Shown here piece after piece: positions 39,555 through 48,985 of a stretch of DNA of 64,000 bases. The position numbers and the translations under genes were made by a program. Every line of letters starts with the position of its first letter. Position 1 is the stretch's first letter. The stretch is from the NCBI GenBank assembly GCA_030431715.1, contig JAUIIO010000004.1, positions 977-64,976 of the forward strand, in the 5' to 3' direction. This stretch comes from a bacterium. Its GTDB lineage: Bacteria > Bdellovibrionota_C > UBA2361 > RFPC01. The notes beneath the pieces are model-generated. The model searched no databases. It saw nothing but the letters and a program-made list of their open reading frames with translations, and had not been told where the DNA came from.

Positions 39555-40421
39555 TCACTTTCGTATGCACTTTACCTTCTTCGTTTTGTAACGGAACTGG
39601 TGTGTATTGCTTCCAGCGCTCGCAAGTACGGCCTGTATGATAGACGATGATGGCCCACTGCCAAAACCACTCGATGAAGAAAGTACTGATGCTAAGATCC
39701 CTTCGCCGAGAACGCCCGGACAATTGACGCCGCCAAAGAGTACTGCTCGATCACAGGGGTCGTTTGTAATGGTCTCTTCAGATTCTAGAGGCATGAGAGC
39801 CCCGCGGTGTGGTTCGTCTGGATCTCCACTGAAGGAAGCGCAGACTAGGGCTGAGGTAGTCTTTCTATACTTTCTTGGGAGCATGAAACCAACATAAACC
39901 CCGTACACCCACTTCTGATTATTGTTGGCATCAGCATATGTATAAAGAAACGTATCTCTGAAAGTGTCGATTGGAGGCAGCACCTTATCCATAAAGAACT
40001 TCTTAATCTGGTTAATCGCTCGCTGATTAATCTTTCTACGGTTGCTGAGCCTGCGACGAGTTGCTAGAACTCGCTGGCGTTCGGCTCCTGAAATGCCGTC
40101 TCTTGCCCCCTTTATGATTTTCTTAAGTGGCTTAAAGAATTTACTTTTGGGAACTTTAACTGGTTGTCCAACAAGTACTTTCTGAAACCCTTTAATCATT
40201 TTTTTGTCAGCGACAACACGTTTCTTAAGAGCAGCCAGAGCATCCTCCTCTGAGACAAGCACGATCTCTCCATCGACCTTTTGGCCGAGTGCTACGTCCC
40301 CATTAGGAAACTGTACGAGAAAGTAATTTGTTCCCTCAACACGCTGGAATTGCTGAGAGTTCGCAGCGAAAGGAAAAAGTGCAATCGCAAGTATAAGTAA
40401 GAGTAAGACACTTCGGTTCAT
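39555..40421 (-). CDS. Secreted, highly basic hypothetical protein
   Basis: Signal peptide, K/R-rich helix, C-domain with 4 Cys. Confidence 0.72.
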   Translation of the reverse strand: MNRSVLLLLILAIALFPFAANSQQFQRVEGTNYFLVQFPNGDVALGQKVDGEIVLVSEEDALAALKKRVVADKKMIKGFQKVLVGQPVKVPKSKFFKPLKKIIKGARDGISGAERQRVLATRRRLSNRRKINQRAINQIKKFFMDKVLPPIDTFRDTFLYTYADANNNQKWVYGVYVGFMLPRKYRKTTSALVCASFSGDPDEPHRGALMPLESEETITNDPCDRAVLFGGVNCPGVLGEGILASVLSSSSGFGSGPSSSIIQAVLASAGSNTHQFRYKTKKVKCIRK

Positions 40422-40510
40422 CAGAGCCTCTGAATTTAATACTGTTTTACTTACTATACTGAAAATGCACCTAAATTGCTATTCGAGATGTCATTGGAAT
40501 GTAAGTTATG

Positions 40511-40544
40511 AAAAACAGGGGCCACTCAGATGAGTGACCCCTGT
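40511..40544 (-). terminator. Rho-independent terminator of pckA
   Basis: Minus strand reads acaggggtcactc atct gagtggcccctgt tttt. Confidence 0.85.
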
Positions 40545-40583
40545 GCGTGCAGCGTGGTAGGGAAAGATAAAGCGACGCTTCTA

Positions 40584-42170
40584 CTAGGCGGCGATTGGTT
40601 GGGCGCTTCTGATGTCATCGCTTGTGCCATCTTCGAACTTCTTAAAGTTCTCCTGAAAGAGCCCGGCAAGTTTTTTAGCAGTAGCATCAAACGCTTCCTT
40701 ATCTTTCCAGGTATTTCGTGGTTGTAAGATCTCTGCAGGCACACCGGTGCAAGATGTAGGGACATGAAGACCAAAGACAGGGTCTTCCTCCATCTTAGCT
40801 GACACAAGTTCTCCTGAGTGGATTCCATCGATGATAGCCCGTGTGTAGCTGAGTTTCATCCTCTCCCCGCTTCCGTAAGCTCCGCCTGACCAGCCGGTAT
40901 TCACAAGCCAAGCTTCTGATCCGTGTTCACGCATTTTAGCTGCCAAGAGTTCAGCGTACTTGGCCGGATGCCAGACGAGAAAGGCTGCACCGAAGCAGGC
41001 AGAAAACGTTGCCTGAGGTTCAGTTACTCCCTGCTCTGTTCCTGCCACTTTAGCGGTATAGCCAGAGATGAAGTGATACATCGCCTGTTCAGGAGTAAGC
41101 TTGCTCACAGGAGGAAGTACTCCGAAGGCGTCACAGGTAAGTAGGATGATATTCTTTGGATGAGTACCAATAGCCGGAATCTTGGCGTTATCGATATACT
41201 CCAGAGGGTAACTTACGCGCGTATTTTCGGTAAGCGAATTGTCGTCGTAGTTTACCTTCCTACTCTCTTCTTCGTAGGTCACGTTCTCAAGCAGAGAACC
41301 AAACTGAATGGCGCGGTAGATCTCAGGCTCTTTCTCCTCGGTCAGGCCTATACATTTAGCGTAGCAGCCGCCTTCTATATTAAAGACGCCGTTATCCGTC
41401 CAGCAGTGCTCATCATCTCCAATGAGCTTACGTTGTGGGTCAGCAGAGAGTGTTGTCTTGCCTGTTCCTGAAAGCCCAAAAAAGAGCGATACATCGTTGT
41501 TCTCAGGGCCTTCATTGGCTGAACAGTGCATAGAGAGAACGCCTTTTTTGGGCATAAGGTAATTCATGATGGTGAATACCCCTTTCTTCATCTCTCCGGC
41601 ATACTCTGTTCCTAGAATGACCATCTTCTTTCTTTCAAATGAGAGATCGACACTTGTTTCTGAAGTCATCTGCTCGGTATAGCGGTTTGCAGGAAAACGT
41701 CCAGCATTAAATATGACGTAGTCTGGTTCGCCAAAGTTCTTAAGCTCTTCCTCTGTTGGTCTGATAAGCATATTGTGCATAAAGAGTGCATGATATGCCC
41801 TTGAACAGACAATTCGTATTTTAAGTCTGTTTTCAGGATCCCATCCTGCAAAACCATCAAGCACATAAAGTGTCTCGCGAGTATTGAGATAATCAATAGC
41901 TCGTTCGTAGTTAATCATGAAGATTCGATCTTCAAGTCTAATATTTACATTTCCCCACCAGATATTATTTTCGCTGTCGGGATGCGATACGACGCGTTTA
42001 TCTGAAGGGCTTCTTCCAGTTTTTTTACCGGAACGAACGGCGAGTGCTCCATCGGCTGTAATCGCAGAGCCTTTCTCTTTCTTCAGGGCTTCCTCATACA
42101 ACCTTGCAGGACTTAAATTTCTAAACACATTTTCAACGTCAATTTCATACTCAGAAAGTGAAAAGTTCAT
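40584..42170 (-). CDS. pckA: Phosphoenolpyruvate carboxykinase (ATP)
   Basis: [59 protein letters not shown]; start 42170. Confidence 0.97.
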   Translation of the reverse strand: MNFSLSEYEIDVENVFRNLSPARLYEEALKKEKGSAITADGALAVRSGKKTGRSPSDKRVVSHPDSENNIWWGNVNIRLEDRIFMINYERAIDYLNTRETLYVLDGFAGWDPENRLKIRIVCSRAYHALFMHNMLIRPTEEELKNFGEPDYVIFNAGRFPANRYTEQMTSETSVDLSFERKKMVILGTEYAGEMKKGVFTIMNYLMPKKGVLSMHCSANEGPENNDVSLFFGLSGTGKTTLSADPQRKLIGDDEHCWTDNGVFNIEGGCYAKCIGLTEEKEPEIYRAIQFGSLLENVTYEEESRKVNYDDNSLTENTRVSYPLEYIDNAKIPAIGTHPKNIILLTCDAFGVLPPVSKLTPEQAMYHFISGYTAKVAGTEQGVTEPQATFSACFGAAFLVWHPAKYAELLAAKMREHGSEAWLVNTGWSGGAYGSGERMKLSYTRAIIDGIHSGELVSAKMEEDPVFGLHVPTSCTGVPAEILQPRNTWKDKEAFDATAKKLAGLFQENFKKFEDGTSDDIRSAQPIAA

Positions 42171-42419
42171 AAGGTATCTTCTCCTTAAATAAGCAACCAG
42201 GCTGCACACCATTGTGCAGCTCATTTATATGCAAAGGGGTATGTCAAAACAATTTGTGAAAGTACGATTTTTAAACTTTTTTATTCTCTTACATGAATAC
42301 GCTATTCAAGTACTCCGCGTGTTCGTTTTATGCTATAAAATAGGTGCTTTTTGCGCGCACTTCTCTGGAGTTGACAGAAGAAGATTTCTGTAGATGTGGA
42401 ATGATTATTCGGTAGAGTT

Positions 42420-43052
42420 TCAGGAGAGATGAGTGAATACATCTTGAAGTGTCGTAACGAACGGAACTGCTAAATCGTTAAATGTTTCTTGTGTGTTTTC
42501 TGTGCGCGCAATACCGATGAAATCTATTCCGGCGCCGAGCGCGCTCTGAGCGTCTGTGGCTCTATCTCCGATATAAAGGATATCTGCTGCTGTAAGGTTA
42601 GACTTTTTGATATCGGAAAGCACCGGATCGAAGACACCGGGATGGGGCTTATGATAGGTGCTGTCTTCTTGGGCATAGAGATGGGTAAATCTTCCATCAT
42701 GCCAGTTTAGACTCTGCAGATCGGTATCGAGTACTTTACGTGCAAGAGCGGTTAGAATTCCAACGGAGAAGCTTTTTCCCAGAGTCTTAATGACTTCTTC
42801 ACTCTCAGGAAACGGGATAATTGGGTGATGAACAGCGTGGCTATCGATATAGCTCTCTTTATCTATTGGCTCTTTGCAGCCGAGAGCTTTCATCATCTGA
42901 TCAAACGGCATCCCCCAGACATTTCGAATTGATTCAGATGAAGGAGAAATGTGGTGTTCAGATTCACAGTAAGAAATTATAGCGGGGATGCGTGAGTTGA
43001 TCGTATCTACGAGCGTGTCATCATAGTCGAAAAAGATTATTTGTTTCCGCAT
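42420..43052 (-). CDS. HAD-superfamily hydrolase (phosphoglycolate phosphatase-like)
   Basis: FDYDDTLVD, KPHP, YIGDRATD. Confidence 0.9.
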   Translation of the reverse strand: MRKQIIFFDYDDTLVDTINSRIPAIISYCESEHHISPSSESIRNVWGMPFDQMMKALGCKEPIDKESYIDSHAVHHPIIPFPESEEVIKTLGKSFSVGILTALARKVLDTDLQSLNWHDGRFTHLYAQEDSTYHKPHPGVFDPVLSDIKKSNLTAADILYIGDRATDAQSALGAGIDFIGIARTENTQETFNDLAVPFVTTLQDVFTHLS

Positions 43053-43073
43053 ACGCTACTCTACATCTGAGGC

Positions 43074-43892
43074 TTAGCTTTTTAAAGGCTGCGTTAAACG
43101 TTTCCCTACGAGATACATGAAGAGTGAAACGATGAGAGCTCCAATGGGAATCCACCACATGTAACGAAAAGCATTTATTTCTTGAATATAGTAGTCCCTA
43201 CTTATGTAAAAATTTTTGTATACTACGGATTCAGGGCGTATTGCATAGAGCTCTGCTAAACGTTTCGCTCTCTTTTCTGAATATCCCGTATGTGTGAGTT
43301 TCTGATGAATGCTTTTTAGCTGTTCTTGAAATTCAGCAGAGCTAAATCTGCCATTCCAGAGGAGCCCGAGGTCGGGATCGACCGTTAACCACTTATCTTT
43401 ATCGTACTCTACTTCAGCAACATAGTGATTATTGAGACGAACAAGTCCTGAAGCAAACCCCATGTCTCTTGCAAACTTCACGAATATCCATGCCACCTGA
43501 TGACAAAATCCGCGCCCTCTACGCCAGAGGAGCTCTGCGTTCTGAGTATCAAGAATGACGTTTTTCTCAAAGTCTGAGTTCGATAAGAAAGCTTGTGTCC
43601 AGAGATACCAGTTATCGTACGGCTTTAGTGTGTATGAGCTCCCGTGTACAAAAGAATGAGTTAAAAGAAAGAAGAATCTTTCGAGTTTCTCTCTATTCCT
43701 CATGGTGGTACTGGCGTGGGCTATAGAAAGTTGCTCTCTCGCAGCAGCTGGAGAGAGTTCTCTCTGCGTATAATGACGGGCATTTTCTTCCGGAGGGTAG
43801 TCTGAAGTAAGTGGTGGTATGAAATGACCGATACTGTTTAGGGCAAGTAAGAATAAAGACAGGAGCATGAGTCCGAATGTAAAGTATCTCAT
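43074..43892 (-). CDS. Transglutaminase-like membrane protein
   Basis: GRGFCHQ, NHYVAEV, VDPD (Cys-His-Asp); N- and C-terminal TM segments. Confidence 0.75.
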   Translation of the reverse strand: MRYFTFGLMLLSLFLLALNSIGHFIPPLTSDYPPEENARHYTQRELSPAAAREQLSIAHASTTMRNREKLERFFFLLTHSFVHGSSYTLKPYDNWYLWTQAFLSNSDFEKNVILDTQNAELLWRRGRGFCHQVAWIFVKFARDMGFASGLVRLNNHYVAEVEYDKDKWLTVDPDLGLLWNGRFSSAEFQEQLKSIHQKLTHTGYSEKRAKRLAELYAIRPESVVYKNFYISRDYYIQEINAFRYMWWIPIGALIVSLFMYLVGKRLTQPLKS

Positions 43893-44144
43893 CTTTTTAA
43901 GTTTATACGCATAAGATTGCTGTGAGAACCTGTGAAATCTCCTTAGCGTTCAGCCTTTGCACGTTATTCGCGCGCTTTGTACTCGTCGCTTCTTTTTTAA
44001 GAAAAGCTATGTAGAAGGATTTGTCAGGCGAAGGTTTTCATGCTTGGTATACTATTTGTACATCGGGCAAACTCTGAATGTGTACGAGATCGCTATAGTG
44101 GCATAACGTGCTGATATTATGCATAAAAAGATTGACACCAATTC

Positions 44145-44172
44145 TAAAAACTTGAGCACATCGTGTCGATTA
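44145..44172 (+). promoter_or_regulatory. Putative sigma28 (FliA/SigD) promoter
   Basis: TAAA-N16-GTCGATTA versus consensus TAAA-N15/16-GCCGATAA; about 66 nt upstream of the flagellin-like gene. Confidence 0.55.
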
Positions 44173-44238
44173 TTCATTTAGCTGCAGGAAGTGTTTGTAT
44201 GCCTCACTAGCAAATATTTTTAAATTGGTAACGCAGCT

Positions 44239-45018
44239 ATGCCTATACAAGGCTTAAGGAGCGATAGCTCCCTGATAAGAAATGGTTTTGGAACAAATAG
44301 GGCTGAGAGTAATCTCCGTCAATCATTTACTGTGAGTTCCAATAGAGATAGCGACTCCGTTAGTGTTTCCTCAAGGCCGGGAAGAGAGTCTGGGTCTGTG
44401 CTCGATGTGAGTCTTGCTAAATCTAATGCTGAGATAGCCTCCAATGCAGCAGAGAGCATTATTTCGCTCCGCGCCGATCAACTTGAGCTGGCAGAGCAAG
44501 CTGCAAATTCTTCAAATCCAACAACGAGATCTGATCTTCAGAGTGAAATTGAAACACTTCAGGCTGAGATTGAGCGTATAGCAAGCGAAGCGGTCGATCA
44601 AAATGGCAATAGCGTTCTTACCGGATCGGGTACAACTTTATCTAATGGTGAGGTCGTACAGCTTGCTGATATTTCGGCGATCCGCGACGATCCGAACGTT
44701 GATGTCAGCTCTGAAAGTGGAGCTGACGATGCTGTTGAGTCACTTACGGCCACTTTGCAAAGTAGTAGAGTGTACCGCGAATCTTCATCGAGTTCTCTAG
44801 GAAGAGCCGAGAGCGTTCTCGCAACTGAGCTTGCCACAGAGCGAACGACGCGGAGTGAGGATAACGATGCTATTGCAGAGATTAGTGAAGCAGAGCAGGT
44901 CGCAAAAGATATCTCTGCATCTCTTTTACAGGAATTTGGGAACACTGAGGATCCAGCTACATCACTTACCTCCACTCTTCTCTCCGGTGAATTAAACGCC
45001 GATGTTCTGCTAGACTAA
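44239..45018 (+). CDS. Divergent flagellin-like protein
   Basis: ELAEQAANSS...RSDLQSEIETLQAEIERIA...NGNSVL (flagellin ND1 signature); DVSSESGADDAVESL (CD1-like); no Cys, Trp or His. Confidence 0.7.
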   Translation: MPIQGLRSDSSLIRNGFGTNRAESNLRQSFTVSSNRDSDSVSVSSRPGRESGSVLDVSLAKSNAEIASNAAESIISLRADQLELAEQAANSSNPTTRSDLQSEIETLQAEIERIASEAVDQNGNSVLTGSGTTLSNGEVVQLADISAIRDDPNVDVSSESGADDAVESLTATLQSSRVYRESSSSSLGRAESVLATELATERTTRSEDNDAIAEISEAEQVAKDISASLLQEFGNTEDPATSLTSTLLSGELNADVLLD

Positions 45019-45626
45019 TCTATTTCCGTTTGCTTGTGGAGCACGAGCAAAATTCTCTTTGCCTCCACCATATGCATCAAGTGGTTTATCTTCTCTTCAA
45101 AAGTTGATTTTTCAGATGGGTATTTGCCAACCTTGTTAAGCCGTTCAGAAACAATCGAAGGATAAAAAGAAAAATCTGCTGAGCTATTCTGATCAAGCTC
45201 TGACCAGAGATTTTCTGTTACCATGACCCGGTTCTTATCATGAGAGGATATATCAGATTTTAAAAGAAGCGCGCTTGTTTGCTCAAACATCTGGCGCAAA
45301 TGCCACATAGTCGTACCAAGTGTTTTGTTTAGCTGATCGCGACGTATTGGATTTGCAATTGAATCTTCAGATGAGAAGAGTCCAAGTGACTCAAGTTCAA
45401 TAAGATCTCTTTGGTAAGCATCCTGCGCTGCTTGAAGTTTCTCAGGAGAAGCAGATTTGACGTCGCGTAGGAGTGTAAGGATTCCATAAGAGCATGCTGA
45501 AAGAGCAACTATTGCTGTTCCGTTATTAAGAAACATTCTTCTACTTAGAGAAACTTTCTCAGCATGGGAGTGGTCCTCCGCTACATTTGCGAAGATTTCG
45601 TGACTTGGAGAGTTTCTTTCAGGCAT
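45015..45626 (-). CDS. Hypothetical protein with Tat-like motif and TM/signal segment
   Basis: SRRMFL followed by a hydrophobic segment. Confidence 0.65.
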   Translation of the reverse strand: MPERNSPSHEIFANVAEDHSHAEKVSLSRRMFLNNGTAIVALSACSYGILTLLRDVKSASPEKLQAAQDAYQRDLIELESLGLFSSEDSIANPIRRDQLNKTLGTTMWHLRQMFEQTSALLLKSDISSHDKNRVMVTENLWSELDQNSSADFSFYPSIVSERLNKVGKYPSEKSTFEEKINHLMHMVEAKRILLVLHKQTEID

Positions 45627-45747
45627 GGAACTTTCTATAAAGAGACTGCGAAATAGTTAAAATTATCAAATATATGCCATCACTCAGTAGAGTTGATTAG
45701 AATAAACATTTCGTGTAAAACGTTGTTTAACTAAGGGTCTGTATTAT

Positions 45748-47544
45748 ATGCCAAATACCGAATTATTCAAACCAGAATCGTATATCGCTGCCCCGGGAGT
45801 AGACCCGGCCGAAGCACATTTTCAAGAGGCACTACCTGCGCAGAGGCGTAATGGAGACTCACATATATATACGACCCCTCCGCAGTATGAGTCACTCCTT
45901 GATCCGAAGTCTCAGATCGTACGCGACTATCGAATGGCTTCGTCTTATTCTTACAATCCGAGAGCTATCAAAGATCTACGGGTAGATGCTGGCACACTTC
46001 TTTCGTACATCCGCTCTATGGGTTCAAACGATCCGAGCAGTGAATCCTTTATGGAGATAGCTCGCGGACTTGCTTTTAGACGTACTCCACACGACTACAA
46101 AAAAGGTCCGGCCATTGATGTTTACACCGTTCCCGAGCTGAAACAAAAGGTTATTGCTGAGTATGCAAGCAACCTAGCTTACATGCGCCTGATGACTATG
46201 CCTTCTGTACTGGAAGGAAGGCTTGAGATGTTACGGCGTGGGTCGCCCGGACGCTACCCGAGACGAAATCAGTACTTTGATAATCACATTGCTAATAAAA
46301 CTGCCATAACGTGGAAAAACATAGGCTGGGGTATACCAGAGCGCGATCTTGAGCATAAGGTGGATGACGAGAGTACCACATTTGCTCGTTCTCAGGGAAT
46401 GTGGTCACACATATACTCTGCTTCAGATAGCCAAATGGTCGCATCCCCGGTATGTGGACCTTCACACCCCGATCTCTTAAGCCCACTTGCAATGGCGGAT
46501 CTTGCTCTTTGTGGATCGTTCTCTTTTGTTCCTTGCGACGCAATCTATTCTAGTGGGAAAGGCCCAAATGGCGCAGGGCTCAAGGCACAAATTGAATTTG
46601 TAAAAGCGACTCAAAATATTCTTAAGAACCATCCGCTTATTCTCAATCACCCTTATGGTAATCACGTGCTTTCAGATGGCAAAACGGTGAGTAGGCACTT
46701 GTACGATGAAGCGATTAAACGAATCGGTGTGACGTTAAAACCACATCCTACGCAAGATTCTGTTGAAAGAGCGAAGCGACTCTATAATGAATGCGGTGTT
46801 ACTCTCTTTCGTGTATTTGATCCACGAGATACTCAGATGCTTCCTCGTACTATTGAGGCTGTATCAGAGCTTGAAGCAAGGACCGTTGAAGAAGTTAGAG
46901 AAGTTCAGCCTGACCAAATTATACCGATAGCTAGCCAAGTAACTGGCGTAAATAGCGCGATGAGGTGTCGTGACGCTGGAGCAAGAGTTATTGTGCTTAA
47001 CATCGGTGAAGGTGGCTTCTGTAGTACTTCGTCTGGCACTGGCATGATTCCATCAAACCTGCTCACCTTTTATCGAATTCAACGAGAGCTCCATGAAGAT
47101 ACGGGCATAATCGTAGATGGAGGTGTTGGAAACACATGGGTGTTAGCGCTAGCTCTAGGTGCAACTGCTACCATGAAGCACGCGTCTCTTATAGGTGGAA
47201 CGGTACAGCAAGTTCCTATTTTCACAGCAATTGACGAAGGAGGTTCTTACTACAAGCTCGCTTCCGGTGAAGCCGCAAAACGTACGAAGTTCCTCAGCAA
47301 CAGTCAGACAGACCTCGTTGGCGACCCACGAAATGTTGAGGGAGTTGATGGAGCTCAGGAGTTTTTAGTAGATGGAATGAGCATGAGTATTGGTAAGCGA
47401 CTAGACCAAAACTTCTATACACCAGCGGCCAAGCAACTTGTGTTCTGCGGCACAAGCAACCTTGCCGCTTACATGGACTGGTTAGATCCAGTCATTTGGG
47501 AACCGACTTCTGAAGCAATGATTATGGCAGCGCCACATATATAG
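45748..47544 (+). CDS. Highly divergent IMP dehydrogenase/GMP reductase-fold protein with ~185-aa N-terminal extension
   Basis: NIGEGGFCST (cf. GIGPGSICTT), IIVDGGV, ALALGATATM, NVEGVDG; no CBS pair. Confidence 0.72.
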   Translation: MPNTELFKPESYIAAPGVDPAEAHFQEALPAQRRNGDSHIYTTPPQYESLLDPKSQIVRDYRMASSYSYNPRAIKDLRVDAGTLLSYIRSMGSNDPSSESFMEIARGLAFRRTPHDYKKGPAIDVYTVPELKQKVIAEYASNLAYMRLMTMPSVLEGRLEMLRRGSPGRYPRRNQYFDNHIANKTAITWKNIGWGIPERDLEHKVDDESTTFARSQGMWSHIYSASDSQMVASPVCGPSHPDLLSPLAMADLALCGSFSFVPCDAIYSSGKGPNGAGLKAQIEFVKATQNILKNHPLILNHPYGNHVLSDGKTVSRHLYDEAIKRIGVTLKPHPTQDSVERAKRLYNECGVTLFRVFDPRDTQMLPRTIEAVSELEARTVEEVREVQPDQIIPIASQVTGVNSAMRCRDAGARVIVLNIGEGGFCSTSSGTGMIPSNLLTFYRIQRELHEDTGIIVDGGVGNTWVLALALGATATMKHASLIGGTVQQVPIFTAIDEGGSYYKLASGEAAKRTKFLSNSQTDLVGDPRNVEGVDGAQEFLVDGMSMSIGKRLDQNFYTPAAKQLVFCGTSNLAAYMDWLDPVIWEPTSEAMIMAAPHI

Positions 47545-47562
47545 TTTTATTTGGAGAAAAAG

Positions 47563-48279
47563 ATGGCAAATTTAGCGGATACAAGATCGTCAAGACAAGA
47601 GGTGCTAACCGGACCCATTGAGCTACCATGTGGTCGAGGGAGCGTGAGTGTTTCTGAGATGTCAACCACCTCGAAGTTTAAGCTTAAAGAATATAGCGCG
47701 GCGGGACTCCACCTCGATCCTCTCTCTCTTGAGGTCGCAGAAATGCAGCCCACAGAGGATATGAACAAGCACACCGCAAATGGGGATTTTGAATACGTAG
47801 CTCGTACTGTAGCTGCCGAGAAGGCAGAGGCTGCATTCTATAAGGTCAATCGACCAGTTTTAGTAGAAGACACGTCTCTTTTTCTCTGTGCTCCTAAACT
47901 TCGAGTTCTTGCGGGGCCCCTTATAAAACAGTGGACATACGCTTCTCCTGAGCTTCAGAAAAACGCCCTAGATATTCTTACTCTGGCGGCAACGCTTGAA
48001 AATGACCGCAGAGCTGAGGCTTATTGTGTGCTGGCTGTCTCAAATGGGCGTGAAACCAACACTTGGGTTGGCAAAGTTACGGGTATGATCTCCGACAATC
48101 CAAGGGGAGGTAGTAATTTTGGTTGGGACTGCATTTTTATGCCTGAAGCTGCTTCTCAGCGTGTTGACTTCGATCAGCCTTCAATAAGAACTTGGGCTGA
48201 GATGAGTTTTGAGGAGAAGATAAACATCTTTCCTTTCAGGGGTAAAGCAGTAGATGAGCTTAGAAAGTCAGTTCTTTAA
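47563..48279 (+). CDS. Ham1/ITPase (RdgB-like) non-canonical NTP pyrophosphatase, divergent
   Basis: TTSKFKLKE, LVEDTSL, GPLIK, FGWDCIF, TWAEMSFEEK; ATG 47563 with SD ggag. Confidence 0.85.
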   Translation: MANLADTRSSRQEVLTGPIELPCGRGSVSVSEMSTTSKFKLKEYSAAGLHLDPLSLEVAEMQPTEDMNKHTANGDFEYVARTVAAEKAEAAFYKVNRPVLVEDTSLFLCAPKLRVLAGPLIKQWTYASPELQKNALDILTLAATLENDRRAEAYCVLAVSNGRETNTWVGKVTGMISDNPRGGSNFGWDCIFMPEAASQRVDFDQPSIRTWAEMSFEEKINIFPFRGKAVDELRKSVL

Positions 48280-48284
48280 CTGAG

Positions 48285-48764
48285 CTATCCCATAAGCTCT
48301 GGCTTGTGCGAGCCTGAGTTCGCGGCAAATGTAAGGACTGAGTTACAAGCAAGCTCTAGACAGAGCAGATCACGGGGCCCGAGCTTGATTCTTCTTCTTT
48401 CTTCTTCAGAACGCCCGGTTACAAGTCGGAGCCAGCATGTTTCTTCACCGGAAAGTTTTCCTTGAGCGCCGCGTGGCTTGTCACGGTAGAGTTTCACGAG
48501 AGTATCACCGTCTTGTCCCTGTGCGCCTTGAAGAATTACGTTTTCGTCAAGTGATTCAACACCGTAAAGAAATGCGCGAGTAGTTGCCCACAAGCCACCT
48601 ACGGCATCAAGCGGAAGTACAAGGTTCAACATGCCAGCTGAATCCTTCTCCTCTACGCCATTTTTCATTGGAACGTAATAGAGTCTTAAGCCGTTATTCT
48701 CGGGAATAAGCTGCAAACGGCCAAAAGATTTAGAAATCGTAAAAGTAACACCACCTAAATACAT
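48285..48764 (-). CDS. Hypothetical protein (possible duplicated beta-sheet/helix fold)
   Basis: 159-aa ORF, SD-like ggaagg. Confidence 0.7.
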   Translation of the reverse strand: MYLGGVTFTISKSFGRLQLIPENNGLRLYYVPMKNGVEEKDSAGMLNLVLPLDAVGGLWATTRAFLYGVESLDENVILQGAQGQDGDTLVKLYRDKPRGAQGKLSGEETCWLRLVTGRSEEERRRIKLGPRDLLCLELACNSVLTFAANSGSHKPELMG

Positions 48765-48985
48765 AACCTTCCCAAACGCCTCTAATAGAAAATACCTGAA
48801 TTAATATATACCCTACAGCGTTCATGTATTGCTGTTCAGGAGTATTATCTCTATGCAGTATTTAGAAGACACAAGTCGCTGCAGAGATGCGAAATCTTTA
48901 TACTAACAGCGTATCATATACCAATATCTGCAGACTTTTTCAAAAGATTAAATAGGACTGATTGTAAAACAGCGTATAAAATCAG

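Noticed and set aside
44132-44137. sigma70 -35 (TTGACA) upstream of the flagellin-like gene
   Set aside because: No -10 element at 16-18 nt spacing; the sigma28-like match fits better.
45748-48279. Kongming (HAM1-based) anti-phage system
   Set aside because: No adenosine deaminase or Sir2 gene is adjacent; the partner is IMPDH-fold.
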